This document shows, piece after piece, positions 1 to 10,079 of a DNA stretch of 64,000 bases; the stretch's first letter is position 1; each line of letters begins with the position of its first letter. The notes beneath the pieces are model-generated. The model was not told the origin of the DNA, made no database searches, and worked only from the letters and a program-made list of their open reading frames with translations. The stretch comes from an uncultured Gammaproteobacteria bacterium (GTDB lineage: Bacteria; Patescibacteriota; Patescibacteriia; Magasanikbacterales; GWA2-37-8): positions 268,830-332,829 of the forward strand of contig CAZQUL010000001.1 of NCBI GenBank assembly GCA_964596525.1, in the 5' to 3' direction. The position numbers and the translations under genes are program-made.

Positions 1-190
1 TTCTGAGCTTGCCGCTCTTTGCCGCCACTCTCGGATACAATCTCACCATTCCACACCGATCCTTTTCAACATCTGTCGAACGTCCCCACACAGACCAATC
101 CTTCACAGATTTTTCACCCCCTCCGGTAGTACGAGTTCCGGCAGTCCGCGCGCGAGGAACGCGAGCGGGCCGCAGCGCAAAAACCGCGTT

Positions 191-922
191 TTAACGCGGT
201 TTTTGTTTTGAATCTGGCACAGACTCTTCTCTGCTTTCATCTTTTAACCACGGTACAGCACACATCCCTTCCCACAACGCATAGGATGTGGCGATAACGA
301 GTGCAGTGGCGCTTAAAAAGAGTGCTGCCGCCCCGTATTCGGCCGAATTCAAGAAAAAGAGCGCTTTAAGATCCTGCACAATGACAGTCGGATTGGTGAC
401 GATGTGCCAACTATTCCAGCGTAAAAAACGTCCGACAAAAATACCAAATGCCGTAAGAATGGCGATCGAAGGCACGAAAACGAAGCGCCACCCTGCGGTA
501 ACCATACGCCCCCACACGCGCGCCATGCATTGGAGCGAAGCAACACCGGTAACAACGCCGATCAGCGCGGCCAAAAAAAGCAGCAGCATATCGAGCCATA
601 CAACGACCGTGCCGCGCTGTTTGAGATGTATAAAATCGGTAACCAGATAAAACGTGTTGGGAAAAAACAGCAGCCACAGTATTGACCAGCCTGCAAGGTG
701 CGCGGCTGATCCGTCAATATGGATTCGCCAGACATGGCGAGCGGCGGCGAGAGGCACATAGGCAAGCGCAATGTTCCAGAGTAAAAATAAAAAACGCCAG
801 TTGCCGGTGATGGCCGAACGCGCGGCAATTATAAGGCATAACGCAAGAACCGCCCCTACAAGCGTACGCTCCAGTGCATACGTTTGGGCGGAAAAAAATT
901 TCATTCGTGCTAAGTAATTCAT
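191..922 (-). CDS. DUF1361-family membrane protein
   Basis: Motifs LLWNIALAYVP, WLLFFPNTFYLVTDFIHL, GIFVGRFLRWNSW; ATG at 922 chosen over the GTG at 970. Confidence 0.8.
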   Translation of the reverse strand: MNYLARMKFFSAQTYALERTLVGAVLALCLIIAARSAITGNWRFLFLLWNIALAYVPLAAARHVWRIHIDGSAAHLAGWSILWLLFFPNTFYLVTDFIHLKQRGTVVVWLDMLLLFLAALIGVVTGVASLQCMARVWGRMVTAGWRFVFVPSIAILTAFGIFVGRFLRWNSWHIVTNPTVIVQDLKALFFLNSAEYGAAALFLSATALVIATSYALWEGMCAVPWLKDESREESVPDSKQKPR

Positions 923-1032
923 ATCGCTTCCATAGTAACAGATGCAGTGCAGCGCAACAACTCTCCCCACACCTCAACTTGACCTCTCGCGTCGGCATAT
1001 TTATAGTACTAGGACTCTTAATTGTTGCGCGT

Positions 1033-1404
1033 ATGTCTACCTCGACCACGTTCTCAGCTACGTTTTTGAAAGAAATGAAAGCCAAACTCGAAAAACTCCA
1101 CGAAGAACTCCAGCATGAAATTGCCACGCTCGAAACTCCGTCCGGTGAAACGGAATTTCCCCAGTACGGAAGCGATGAGGAAGAGAATGCCCACGAAGTC
1201 GTTGATTTTGAAACCAATCTTTCTATCGACCTGCGGCTCAAAAAAAGCTTGGCTGATGTTGAATCCGCGCTTAAGCGCTTGAACGACGGCACCTACGGCA
1301 TTTGTAAATACTGCCAGAAACCTATTGTCGAAGAGCGCCTCATGGCACGACCAGAATCGAGCTCGTGCGTAGAATGTAAGAAAGCCATTACTCAAGAACT
1401 TTAA
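1033..1404 (+). CDS. TraR/DksA C4 zinc-finger protein
   Basis: Coiled coil followed by GTYGICKYC...RLMARPESSSCVEC; ATG at 1033. Confidence 0.88.
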   Translation: MSTSTTFSATFLKEMKAKLEKLHEELQHEIATLETPSGETEFPQYGSDEEENAHEVVDFETNLSIDLRLKKSLADVESALKRLNDGTYGICKYCQKPIVEERLMARPESSSCVECKKAITQEL

Positions 1405-1408
1405 TCAC

Positions 1409-1909
1409 ATGGTTCCACGTGCTTTCATGCACACTACGTTCGCCGGCGGAATCATCATGTTTTGCGTCGACCGTTTTTTTAAGAATCAGGCCATCGCAAC
1501 CGACTTTCCACCACTCGCCGGACTTTTCGGCTGGAAACCCTTCCTTAACGAAGGGATCGCTTTCAGCATCCCGATTCCAGCCTGGCTCGTAGCACTCGCC
1601 ACGGTGCCGTTTCTTGTTGTAGCCGGAGCCGGCATTCTCCTCATCGCCACCAAAAAAATACGCTCCGCCCTAGCACCGCACCCTTTTCCGCCGGAAGCTG
1701 CTCCGCTTGTATTGGTTTCCTTAACCTTGATGTTCAGCGGGGCACTGTCGAATTTTATCGACCGACTACTCTACCGTGCCGTTGTCGACTACATCGCTAT
1801 CTATACTGCGGTCATCAATATTGCTGACCTGCTTATAGTTGCGGGTGGCGTGGGCGGGTTTGTGGCATGGAGGAAGTATTTTGATGAAACGGATGAAATA
1901 GTTGAATAG
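1409..1909 (+). CDS. lspA: Lipoprotein signal peptidase II
   Basis: NEGIAFS, GALSNFIDR, VVDYI, NIADLLI motifs; 4 TM segments. Confidence 0.85.
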   Translation: MVPRAFMHTTFAGGIIMFCVDRFFKNQAIATDFPPLAGLFGWKPFLNEGIAFSIPIPAWLVALATVPFLVVAGAGILLIATKKIRSALAPHPFPPEAAPLVLVSLTLMFSGALSNFIDRLLYRAVVDYIAIYTAVINIADLLIVAGGVGGFVAWRKYFDETDEIVE

Positions 1910-2018
1910 CCAGAAAAATCTACCTAAAAAATACCAAGGCTTTTGGAGAAAACTAAGCTGTTACCCGTGACAAAAGCGCTCAGTTCGCACCGGCTCCTCA
2001 TGCCTGAAACGGAGAAGT

Positions 2019-2222
2019 ATGTTCACGAAGAACATCCGCACGTATCTAATCGCAGCCGCTGGAATCCTCGCTTTCTTTTCCGCCACACCAACACAGCCAC
2101 ATCTACCGCCGGATCCACACCTCTGCCCGCCACCTGGGCACCGCTCGCCGTTCTCGTGTAGAAGCGTCAGCTCCTCAAGCCCGCTCCGAAGATTCGGGGC
2201 GGGGTTTTTTTTCTTCAAATAA
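2019..2222 (+). CDS. Possible small secreted peptide
   Basis: GGAG SD, N-terminal hydrophobic stretch; 3' end runs through a terminator hairpin, so coding status is doubtful. Confidence 0.35.
   Translation: MFTKNIRTYLIAAAGILAFFSATPTQPHLPPDPHLCPPPGHRSPFSCRSVSSSSPLRRFGAGFFFFK
2178..2212 (+). terminator. Intrinsic terminator
   Basis: GCCCGCTCCGAA-GA-TTCGGGGCGGGG followed by T8. Confidence 0.7.
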
Positions 2223-2249
2223 AAACCCGACGATACGTCGGGATAGTTG

Positions 2250-2891
2250 TTAAGGCCAGAACCACAGGTCGCATATGGCGGTTACCGGAGGAGACGGCAT
2301 CGCCTGCGCTGCACAATCGTCTTCGACGAAGATTCGCTGACTATTCAAGTACAAACGCCTGAACCGCGTCGTGCCGCTGTCTCCGGATATCGTGGTAATA
2401 CGGCGCACACTATAATGTAAATCAACGCTATAGTCGTAACGCTTCCAGGCGTTAAAGTACCACCACCTGCTGTACCAGTCATCGTTTATCCTGCTGAGCA
2501 GGTAATTAAGTTCTGCGAGCTCGAAGGTGCCTGCCGCAACCGCCTTTATCTCGATCAGCACATGCTGCCACTCCGTGCCGCGAGGCACGTCTTCCCATCG
2601 GCACAGCTCGACAGAATCCCAGTCTTGCATCGGGAAACAGACCATTGAAGAACATGCCGGATTGGGATGCCGGGCGATCATCCGAACCGGTTCTTTATCG
2701 CCTACCTTAGGACAAGGAAATATAGATCCGGCGACGACATCATCAATCAGGTCCCCATTTCCTGCGCCGGCATCCGGCAAGCCGATCGGAAGCCGGATAA
2801 TCGGTGTTCCGTTGGACCCGGAGCGAACATCTTCACCACAACCCGAAAGACCAGCAACAAGTATAAGCGCCATGAAAGAACATAAACGCAT
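2250..2891 (-). CDS. Hypothetical Cys-rich lipoprotein
   Basis: Lipobox LSGC; AAGGAGG SD; upstream TTGACC-17-TATAGT promoter. Confidence 0.7.
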   Translation of the reverse strand: MRLCSFMALILVAGLSGCGEDVRSGSNGTPIIRLPIGLPDAGAGNGDLIDDVVAGSIFPCPKVGDKEPVRMIARHPNPACSSMVCFPMQDWDSVELCRWEDVPRGTEWQHVLIEIKAVAAGTFELAELNYLLSRINDDWYSRWWYFNAWKRYDYSVDLHYSVRRITTISGDSGTTRFRRLYLNSQRIFVEDDCAAQAMPSPPVTAICDLWFWP

Positions 2892-3073
2892 GTAGGGCCT
2901 CCTTTTTTATTTTAAGGTCGTAAAACTATAGGGAATTTTTAAAGGATGGTCAATAGTCCTGTGCATTTATTATATACGCGCTAATGACAAAACGGTCATT
3001 AGCCATTTCTAATATGTCTTGAACCAAAAACCGCCAGCCGAGAGCTGAGCGGTTTTCTAAATCTTTTTACCAC

Positions 3074-4108
3074 CTACCAATCGAGCGTGCCACCCACCTG
3101 GTACTCGGTGACGCGCGTTTCGAAGAAGTTTTTTTCTTTGCTCAAGTCGACCGCTTCGCTCATCCACGGGAAGGGGTTGGCCACGTTGTACTGCGCCGGG
3201 AGTCCGATGCGCGTGAGGCGGCGGTCGGCGATGTATTCGATGTACTGTTTAAAGCCGTCGGCGTTCATGCCGAAAATGCCTTTAGGGAAGACTTCTTGCG
3301 CGAACGTGTATTCGAGTTTTACCGCCTGATTCACGAGATCGATGATACGGGTTTGGAAATCCGGGGTCCAGAGTTCGGGCTGTTCTTCTTTGATGGTGTT
3401 GGCGAGGTTAATGCCGAAGTTGAGGTGCTGGCTTTCATCTCTCATAATGTACTGGATCTGCTCGGCCGCACCGCACATCTTGCCCATACGCTGGAATCCG
3501 AACATGACCGCGAACGAACTGTAGAAGAAGATACCTTCGAGGATGACGGAAAAGACGACGACGTTCTCGAGGAATTTCTGGTCGGCTTCGAAGGTGCCGG
3601 TTTTAAACTGCGGATTGAAGATGCCTTCGTTGAATCCGAGGATGAAGGCGTCTTTATTGTAGATGGCATCCACTTCGCGGTACATGTTGAAGATCTCGGC
3701 TTCATCGAGACCGAGACTTTCTACGATGTACTGATAGGCATGCGTATGGATAGCTTCTTCGTAACCCTGGCGCAAGAGGTACATGCGGCATTCCGGCGAC
3801 GTGATGTGGCGGTAGAACGCGAGCACGATGTTGTTGGCCGCGATGGAATCGGCGGTGGTAAAGAATCCAAGCACGGTTTTGAGCGCTTTGCGTTCATCGT
3901 CATTAAGAAGCGTCGGTGATTTCCACTGTTCAATGTCTTTCTGCATGCTGATTTCGGTGGGGAGCCAGTGGTTGGCGTTGCCGGTGTTGTAAGCATCCCA
4001 CGCGAATTTATGACGCATGGGGTAGAGTTGCATCACGTCCGCATCGGTGCCATTGATGACACGGCGTTGGTTGATGTCGATTTTTTGGGAGGTTTTGGAA
4101 ATGGGCAT
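3074..4108 (-). CDS. nrdB: Ribonucleotide reductase class I beta subunit
   Basis: EEAIHTHAY, LEGIFFYSSF, MRDESQH, EKNFFETRVTEY. Confidence 0.96.
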   Translation of the reverse strand: MPISKTSQKIDINQRRVINGTDADVMQLYPMRHKFAWDAYNTGNANHWLPTEISMQKDIEQWKSPTLLNDDERKALKTVLGFFTTADSIAANNIVLAFYRHITSPECRMYLLRQGYEEAIHTHAYQYIVESLGLDEAEIFNMYREVDAIYNKDAFILGFNEGIFNPQFKTGTFEADQKFLENVVVFSVILEGIFFYSSFAVMFGFQRMGKMCGAAEQIQYIMRDESQHLNFGINLANTIKEEQPELWTPDFQTRIIDLVNQAVKLEYTFAQEVFPKGIFGMNADGFKQYIEYIADRRLTRIGLPAQYNVANPFPWMSEAVDLSKEKNFFETRVTEYQVGGTLDW

Positions 4109-4121
4109 AAGTATGAAAGGA

Positions 4122-4592
4122 CGTAGGTTGTAGGTGTGTAGGGAGTAGAGAAAATTCTTTACTCCCCACTTTTTACAACCTAGGGTGATTTTATTTTTTG
4201 CAAGAGGACATTTAGCATTTTCATGATTTCTTCGAGTTTTAGCTCTAGGGCTTTCGGCACTAAATCTTTTCCCCAGGATAGCCGTTTTACTATCTCGAGA
4301 TGAGTCTCCAGCTCTGCACCAGAACCGTAAGAGAATGATACGAATTGAGTATAGTAATTTCCTCCTCTACGATATCCTTCGGCCAGATTGGCGGGTATAG
4401 AGACGCTCGCTCTACGAATTTGAGATGTCAATCCATACAATTCTGATTTTGGAAAAGCTTCGGTCAACTCATAGAGTTCGGTGGCCAACTCTACAGACTT
4501 CTGCCAAACCTTTAAATCCCTGTATGAATTAATAATATTTTGCTGCATACGTAAGTCCCTACTCCCTACGCTCCTACGAACTATCTCCTAAC
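4122..4592. repeat. Inverted short GTAGG/CCTAC repeats flanking the four-helix bundle gene
   Basis: GTAGGGAGTAG (4138-4148) is the reverse complement of CTACTCCCTAC (4559-4569); tandem ~7-nt units on both sides. Confidence 0.65.
4180..4548 (-). CDS. Four-helix bundle protein (23S-IVP/TIGR02436-like)
   Basis: SYRDLKVWQKS...FPKSELYGLTSQIRRASVSIPANLAEG...GSGAELETHL. Confidence 0.9.
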   Translation of the reverse strand: MQQNIINSYRDLKVWQKSVELATELYELTEAFPKSELYGLTSQIRRASVSIPANLAEGYRRGGNYYTQFVSFSYGSGAELETHLEIVKRLSWGKDLVPKALELKLEEIMKMLNVLLQKIKSP

Positions 4593-7470
4593 TCTGACAC
4601 GACTCACACGTCGGATCCGCAATACTGCAGGCTTTCATTTGGCTCGGGGCTTTGATGGAGACCGGGATGCTGACCGGCGTAGACATTGGTGTAGGTGCCG
4701 GGGCTGGAGCGGGTTGCGGTGGCGGAGTGACCGGTGCGGATGGCTGGGTTTGTGGAGCGCTTGCGGCCGGAGTGTTCTGGCGCATGTGGGTCGCGCCGAA
4801 TTTCTGCGTGTCGACGGTGGATTTTTCCACTTGCGAAATCGCGAGTGTTCGAAGATAGTAGGTGGTCTTGAGACCAAGCGACCAGGCGTAGAAGTACATG
4901 TCGCTCAATTCTTTACCCGAGGTGGAACGGAAGTAGAGGTTGATACTCTGGCTCTGATCGATCCACTTGGCGCGGTAGGCAGCCGATTTGACGAGCCAGC
5001 GCTGGTCGATTTCGAACACTTCTTTATATTTGGCGCGGATGTGTTCGGGAATTTCATTGATGGCGGCGATCGAACCGTCGTGGTATTTGATCTTGCCCAT
5101 CATCTCGAAATCCCAGAGACCGAGTTTCTTGAGGTCTTCGACGAGGTACGGGTTGATAACGATAAAGTCACCGGCCTGATTGGATTTGACGTAGATGTTC
5201 TTGTAGATCGGTTCGACCGTCGGGATGCAGCCGACGATGTTGGCGGTGGTAGCAGTGGGGGCAACAGCCAAGCAGTTGGAGTTGCGCATGCCGTAGTCTT
5301 TGATAGCTTCGCGGACGACCGACCAGTCGAGGCGCGAGGTGCGATTGACGTCGATTTTCTCGCCGCGTTCGTCTTCAAGGAGCGCGATGGTGTCGAGCGG
5401 AAGGAGGCCGCGATCCCACTTGGAGCCACGGAACGTGGGATAAGCACCGCGTTCTTTGGCAAGATTCGCGGAAGCGAGGAACGCATAGTACGAAATGACT
5501 TCCATGCTGTAGTCGGCGAACTCAACGCAGGCTTCGGAATCGAAGTTGATGTTGAGCTGGTAGAGCGCGTCGTGGAAACCACGCAAACCAAGACCAACTG
5601 GACGATGGCGCATGTTGGAGCGCTTGGCGTCTTCGGTCGGGTAGTAGTTGATGTCGATGACGTTATCGAGCATGCGCATAGCGACGGGCACCACTTCGGC
5701 GGCGAGCGCCACGTCGTACTGGCCGTTCTTGATGAAGCGCGCCAGGTTGAGCGAACCCAAGTTGCAGACCGCGGTTTCGTCGTCCGAGGTGTTGAGGGTG
5801 ATTTCGGTGCAGAGGTTGGACGAATGCACGACGCCCACATGGTCTTGCGGCGAGCGGATGTTCGAGGGGTCTTTCCAGGTCATCCACGGATGTCCGGTCT
5901 CAAACAGCATGGCAAGCATTTTTTTCCACAAATCGCGCGCTTTCATGGTCTTGAAGAGTTTGATCTTGCCGTCTTTGGCCATCTGTTCGTACATGGCGTA
6001 TTTTTTGGCGAAGCGTTTGCCATAGATGTGGTGCAAATCCGGCGTTTCATCCGGCGAGAAGAGCGTCCAATCGGCGTCTTCGCGGACGCGTTGCATGAAG
6101 AGATCCGGAATCCAGTTGGCTGTGTCCATGTCATGCGTGCGGCGGCGTTCGTCACCGGTATTTTTGCGCAGTTCAAGGAAGGATTCGATGTCGTAGTGCC
6201 AGGTTTCGAGGTAGACGCAGGCAGCGCCGCGGCGGCGACCCGAACGGTTGATGGCGACCGTCACGTCGTTGGCGATCTTGAGGAACGGAATGACGCCCTG
6301 AGACTCGACGCCCGTGCCTTTGATGTAGGAACCGGTGCCGCGGATGTTGGTCCAGTCGGTGCCGATGCCACCCGACCATTTGGAGAGCTGCGAGTTGTCG
6401 GAATAGCTTTTAAAAATACTCTCGAGCGAATCGCCGACCGTGTTGAGGTAGCACGAAGAGAGCTGTGGTTTGTGCGTGCCGGCGTGGAACAAGGTTGGGG
6501 TGGACGGCGTGTAGAGGAGTTTGGCCATGATGCCGTAGAATTTGACGGTCCACTCGTGACGATTCTCTTTTTCGCCGAGCGCGGTGCCCATGGCGATGCG
6601 CATCCAGAACATTTGCGGGGTTTCGAGGGTGCGTTTCTCGGGATAATCCGTAACGAAGTAGCGATCGAACAGCGTCTGCAAACCGAGGTACTGGAACTCG
6701 TCATCTTTGGAAATATCGAGTTCTTTGGCCAAGCGTTCCAAATCAAAGGTGAGGAGTTTGGGGTCGAGACGCTCAATTTCCACGCCGCGCTTGATGTTTC
6801 TCACGAACGCTTCGCGATATTGGGTTTCGAGTTTGGCGAAATCGATCACGTCCGGACCGATGACTTCTTTATAGTTGATGTAGAGGAGGAGACGTGCCGC
6901 GACTTTGGCATAGGCCGGATCATGTTCGATCATGGCGCGCACCGTCATGATGAGCGCTTTGCCGATGTCCACGGTTTTGATGCCTTCGTAGAGTTCGGTG
7001 CGGCACTGGGCGAGAATGGCTTCGGTGTTGACCACATTCTCGAATCCTTTAACGGCGAACGAGAGCGAACGGCGGAGCTTGTCCATGGAAAAGAGTTCCT
7101 TGGCACCCGAGCGCTTAAGAACCCAGAGCTGGTTATGGTCCATTTTTTCGAGCGTGGCGCGCTTTTTTTCTTCGCGCTCTTTGGTGTGCTCGTAGCGGTA
7201 GAGGATGTAGGCTTTCGCTACGTCGAAAAAGCCGGCTTGCATGAGCTGTTTTTCTACGGCATCCTGCACGTTTTCGACAGTCGGAGTTTTTTCTTGGTAC
7301 GCAGCTTCGAGTCCTTTGACGACTTCGGCAGCGAGCGCAGCAACAACGGACGGGTCAGCGCCTTTACGCACTTCAAGAAACGCTTTCTGCATGGCGAGCG
7401 CGATTTTATCGGGGTTGAAATCGACGACCGACTTGTCGCGCTTGACGATCTGGAGGATGGAACTCGACAT
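4588..7470 (-). CDS. nrdA: Ribonucleotide reductase class I alpha subunit with two ATP cones
   Basis: Two ATP cones (IVKRD, VLKRSG), TPTLF, QLSSCY, SNLCTEI, LKTTYYLR, C-terminal CESCQ. Confidence 0.97.
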   Translation of the reverse strand: MSSSILQIVKRDKSVVDFNPDKIALAMQKAFLEVRKGADPSVVAALAAEVVKGLEAAYQEKTPTVENVQDAVEKQLMQAGFFDVAKAYILYRYEHTKEREEKKRATLEKMDHNQLWVLKRSGAKELFSMDKLRRSLSFAVKGFENVVNTEAILAQCRTELYEGIKTVDIGKALIMTVRAMIEHDPAYAKVAARLLLYINYKEVIGPDVIDFAKLETQYREAFVRNIKRGVEIERLDPKLLTFDLERLAKELDISKDDEFQYLGLQTLFDRYFVTDYPEKRTLETPQMFWMRIAMGTALGEKENRHEWTVKFYGIMAKLLYTPSTPTLFHAGTHKPQLSSCYLNTVGDSLESIFKSYSDNSQLSKWSGGIGTDWTNIRGTGSYIKGTGVESQGVIPFLKIANDVTVAINRSGRRRGAACVYLETWHYDIESFLELRKNTGDERRRTHDMDTANWIPDLFMQRVREDADWTLFSPDETPDLHHIYGKRFAKKYAMYEQMAKDGKIKLFKTMKARDLWKKMLAMLFETGHPWMTWKDPSNIRSPQDHVGVVHSSNLCTEITLNTSDDETAVCNLGSLNLARFIKNGQYDVALAAEVVPVAMRMLDNVIDINYYPTEDAKRSNMRHRPVGLGLRGFHDALYQLNINFDSEACVEFADYSMEVISYYAFLASANLAKERGAYPTFRGSKWDRGLLPLDTIALLEDERGEKIDVNRTSRLDWSVVREAIKDYGMRNSNCLAVAPTATTANIVGCIPTVEPIYKNIYVKSNQAGDFIVINPYLVEDLKKLGLWDFEMMGKIKYHDGSIAAINEIPEHIRAKYKEVFEIDQRWLVKSAAYRAKWIDQSQSINLYFRSTSGKELSDMYFYAWSLGLKTTYYLRTLAISQVEKSTVDTQKFGATHMRQNTPAASAPQTQPSAPVTPPPQPAPAPAPTPMSTPVSIPVSIKAPSQMKACSIADPTCESCQS

Positions 7471-7557
7471 AGATAAGCCTAGTAAATAAAGCGTCCGGCT
7501 TGGGGAGCCTTTCTCCTGCCCCGCAACCCGACGTAGACAGAGTATAGCACACCAAAA

Positions 7558-7606
7558 AAACTACCAGTAGTGGTTTGCAAAAGTGGATAAACACTACGGG
7601 TAGTTT
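7558..7606. promoter_or_regulatory. Pair of NrdR-box-like sites upstream of nrdA
   Basis: aaaCTAccagTAGtgg (7558-7573) and acaCTAcgggTAGttt (7591-7606), 33 bp apart; extended -10 TGcTATACT at 7541-7549 on minus. Confidence 0.55.
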
Positions 7607-7766
7607 TGCTAGTTAAGCTGGAGAACGAAGGTTTTTACTCTGGCAAGTGGATAAAAATGGGGATAAAAAACAAAAAAACTGACCGAAAGCCAGAGTGAAA
7701 TCATTAACAATTTTTTCAAAAAGTATCCACGAACCCAAAGCCACCCTCTCCTACGGGGCGGCGGAT

Positions 7767-9212
7767 TTAGAATGTCACGGTAAACGGAATTTCTTTGAGC
7801 TTGATAGCAGGCTTACCGTCGTTCAACTGGAGATAGACATGAAAACTCCAGTTTCCCACGTCGTAGGGACGAGCCTGGGGAAAAGCGTAGGCCCGGCTCC
7901 ACACCCAGGGTTCAACGACCGTATAAGAATACGGTTCGTCTTTCCACTGGAGCTGGCCGTTTTTGTAGACGTGGGTAATGAACTTAAAGTTGCGGTTGAT
8001 GTTCTCTACGTACAGCATGCCGTAAACGGTCGGATTGACGTAGGGATTGATCGTCGTTACCGCCGGACAGGTGTATGTCCAGTTCGTGTCCGCACCGCCT
8101 TGGGGCGGCCGGTTGCACACTACGCCGTTGCCGTTATGCACGAACGGCGCGCTTTCGGCCACCGTGAACGCGGCCTTGGCCACAGGGAAACTCGGGAATT
8201 GATCCGTGGTTTTCACGTAGTAGCGGATTTCCCAGTTCCCCGGCTTGTCAGGGTAGACCCAGGGCCAAAAGTAGGATCGCTCCCATCCCCAGGGGTCGAC
8301 GCCGGTCGCCTGCCATTCCTGCGTATTCACGATCTGCTCGGCGCGCGGCCCGAAACGGACTTCGGCGCGGTAGGAAAAATCGTGCGGAATGGCGTCGATA
8401 CGGAACATGCCCCAGACCGGTTCTTTGGTGCGAAATACCGTCTTCGGGGTGCAGGAGTACACCCAGTTGGTAGACGCTCCGCCGGTCGGTTCGGTGGCGC
8501 AGAGGGTGGGGTTATTGGCGGGGTTGTAGGTGAAACCGTTGGTGGAGGGGTAGAAACGGTCAACCTGGTAATCAAGAAAAGGAACGTCTTCCAGTTTCAC
8601 GTTAGCCAACGCGGGATTGTTCTTAGAACTATCGTTGTTATAACGGATACTGAAGTGCAGGTGCGGGCTTTCTGTCCCGCTCCATCCCATCTTTCCTAAT
8701 TTCTGTCCACGAACGACATTTTGCCCTGGTACGACCACAATCGTTCCAGGCGTAAGATGGGTGTACTCGGTTTCATAACCACTCCCCCGCCTGGAGCTGC
8801 CAGAGTGGTTAATAAAAACCTTGCAAGCAGCATTTTGCAGACCATTACCACAATCACCCGCTTCGGTAGCCAAGCTAACTTTTCCGTCAGCCGCAGCTAA
8901 AACATCAATCTGACCATCGCCTTTGTCGAAAAACTGACCATCGACGTAGAAGTTATCACCAAAGTCGATAGCGTGGTGATAAACTCCCGAGTGAAAAGTG
9001 ACGAGAAGAGACCAAAAGCCGGGATTCGTGTTCACTTTCCATCGTATGCCAGCCGGAAGTGGCATGAAAAGTTTTGGTCCAGCATATGTTGAGGATTGAC
9101 GATGTTCAAAAACATCATCAGGAATCTCATTTCCACAGCCGGGCAACTGAAACGCGCTCACGAAACTAAGCGCTATCATAGCAATGCCACCAAAGAACGA
9201 ACGGATTGACAT
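7767..9212 (-). CDS. M23-family metallopeptidase (probable lipoprotein) with duplicated C-terminal domain
   Basis: HHAID, YTHL, GWSGTESPHLHF; signal peptide with PGC; two repeats C..PxGGAxTNWxYxC. Confidence 0.85.
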   Translation of the reverse strand: MSIRSFFGGIAMIALSFVSAFQLPGCGNEIPDDVFEHRQSSTYAGPKLFMPLPAGIRWKVNTNPGFWSLLVTFHSGVYHHAIDFGDNFYVDGQFFDKGDGQIDVLAAADGKVSLATEAGDCGNGLQNAACKVFINHSGSSRRGSGYETEYTHLTPGTIVVVPGQNVVRGQKLGKMGWSGTESPHLHFSIRYNNDSSKNNPALANVKLEDVPFLDYQVDRFYPSTNGFTYNPANNPTLCATEPTGGASTNWVYSCTPKTVFRTKEPVWGMFRIDAIPHDFSYRAEVRFGPRAEQIVNTQEWQATGVDPWGWERSYFWPWVYPDKPGNWEIRYYVKTTDQFPSFPVAKAAFTVAESAPFVHNGNGVVCNRPPQGGADTNWTYTCPAVTTINPYVNPTVYGMLYVENINRNFKFITHVYKNGQLQWKDEPYSYTVVEPWVWSRAYAFPQARPYDVGNWSFHVYLQLNDGKPAIKLKEIPFTVTF

Positions 9213-9307
9213 GACATACCCCTTGGTACGTTGTTTACTGCAGTGGCCTGAATACTCAGACCATCAAGGCTTCCTTTTAATAATAAGAAAACCTTGTGAT
9301 CAAAACA

Positions 9308-9982
9308 TTACGGGCTAAAAGTAAGTGTCTGTACTATTTTTTTAATTTGATCGTACGAAAAATTCGTTTCATCAAAGACAAGTGCGGCGACGGGGAACGA
9401 AGCATTTTTTAAAGGAATCAAAACGGTAATAAAACGGGGCCTTCCCTCATTCCATTCGTAAAAAAACTGCACACCATCTCGGTATAGAGAAATCGTCCTT
9501 CGACCGAGGACAAAGGATTCAAGAAAATTAAAACTTTTGAACTTGTAAATTCCCAACGGAGATACAATGAGACTGGTTGAAGCAAATGGGGAAAAAGCTC
9601 CATCATAGGAAAAATCGGGTGATCGCGCAACTACGGTTACGCGCACCTGATCATTCATGGCAGCAGAAACATACGATTTCATATGAGGACCATCACAACG
9701 GCTTTCAGCTTTTGCGCAATCCTCAAGCCCACCCCGTATTTCTAAATCGCGAAATGGCAACCTCATCTCAAATCCCAATTCTTGGAATTCATACAAAGGC
9801 CATTCACTGACCGGACGATCTATCAGTAAATTAAAAGTTGTTGAAGATTGGACAATTACGGCGGGAGTAGAACTCGAAGAAGTCATTGTATCGGGCTGTT
9901 CGGAAGACGGTTTGGACAGACAACTAGCTCCAAGCATGAGTCCGATGAGTCCGGTTATAGCCAGCAAGTTAGTTTTTTTCAT
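9308..9982 (-). CDS. Hypothetical lipoprotein
   Basis: MKKTNLLAITGLIGLMLGASC signal/lipobox; start taken at 9982. Confidence 0.65.
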   Translation of the reverse strand: MKKTNLLAITGLIGLMLGASCLSKPSSEQPDTMTSSSSTPAVIVQSSTTFNLLIDRPVSEWPLYEFQELGFEMRLPFRDLEIRGGLEDCAKAESRCDGPHMKSYVSAAMNDQVRVTVVARSPDFSYDGAFSPFASTSLIVSPLGIYKFKSFNFLESFVLGRRTISLYRDGVQFFYEWNEGRPRFITVLIPLKNASFPVAALVFDETNFSYDQIKKIVQTLTFSP

Positions 9983-10079
9983 AGTGTTGGTAGTGTTGTA
10001 CTTAGACTTAATATCACAGGCATTATGAAATTGTCTTAAAATATTTCTACGGTTCTTACTATGACCAATCCTCTTCATC

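Noticed and set aside
4180-4548. Avd of a diversity-generating retroelement
   Set aside because: No reverse transcriptase and no TR/VR pair differing at adenines in the window
4639-7476. 945-aa plus-strand ORF
   Set aside because: Antisense shadow of nrdA produced by codon bias; no motifs. The same applies to shadows over tig, dnaA, ychF and the lipoprotein genes.
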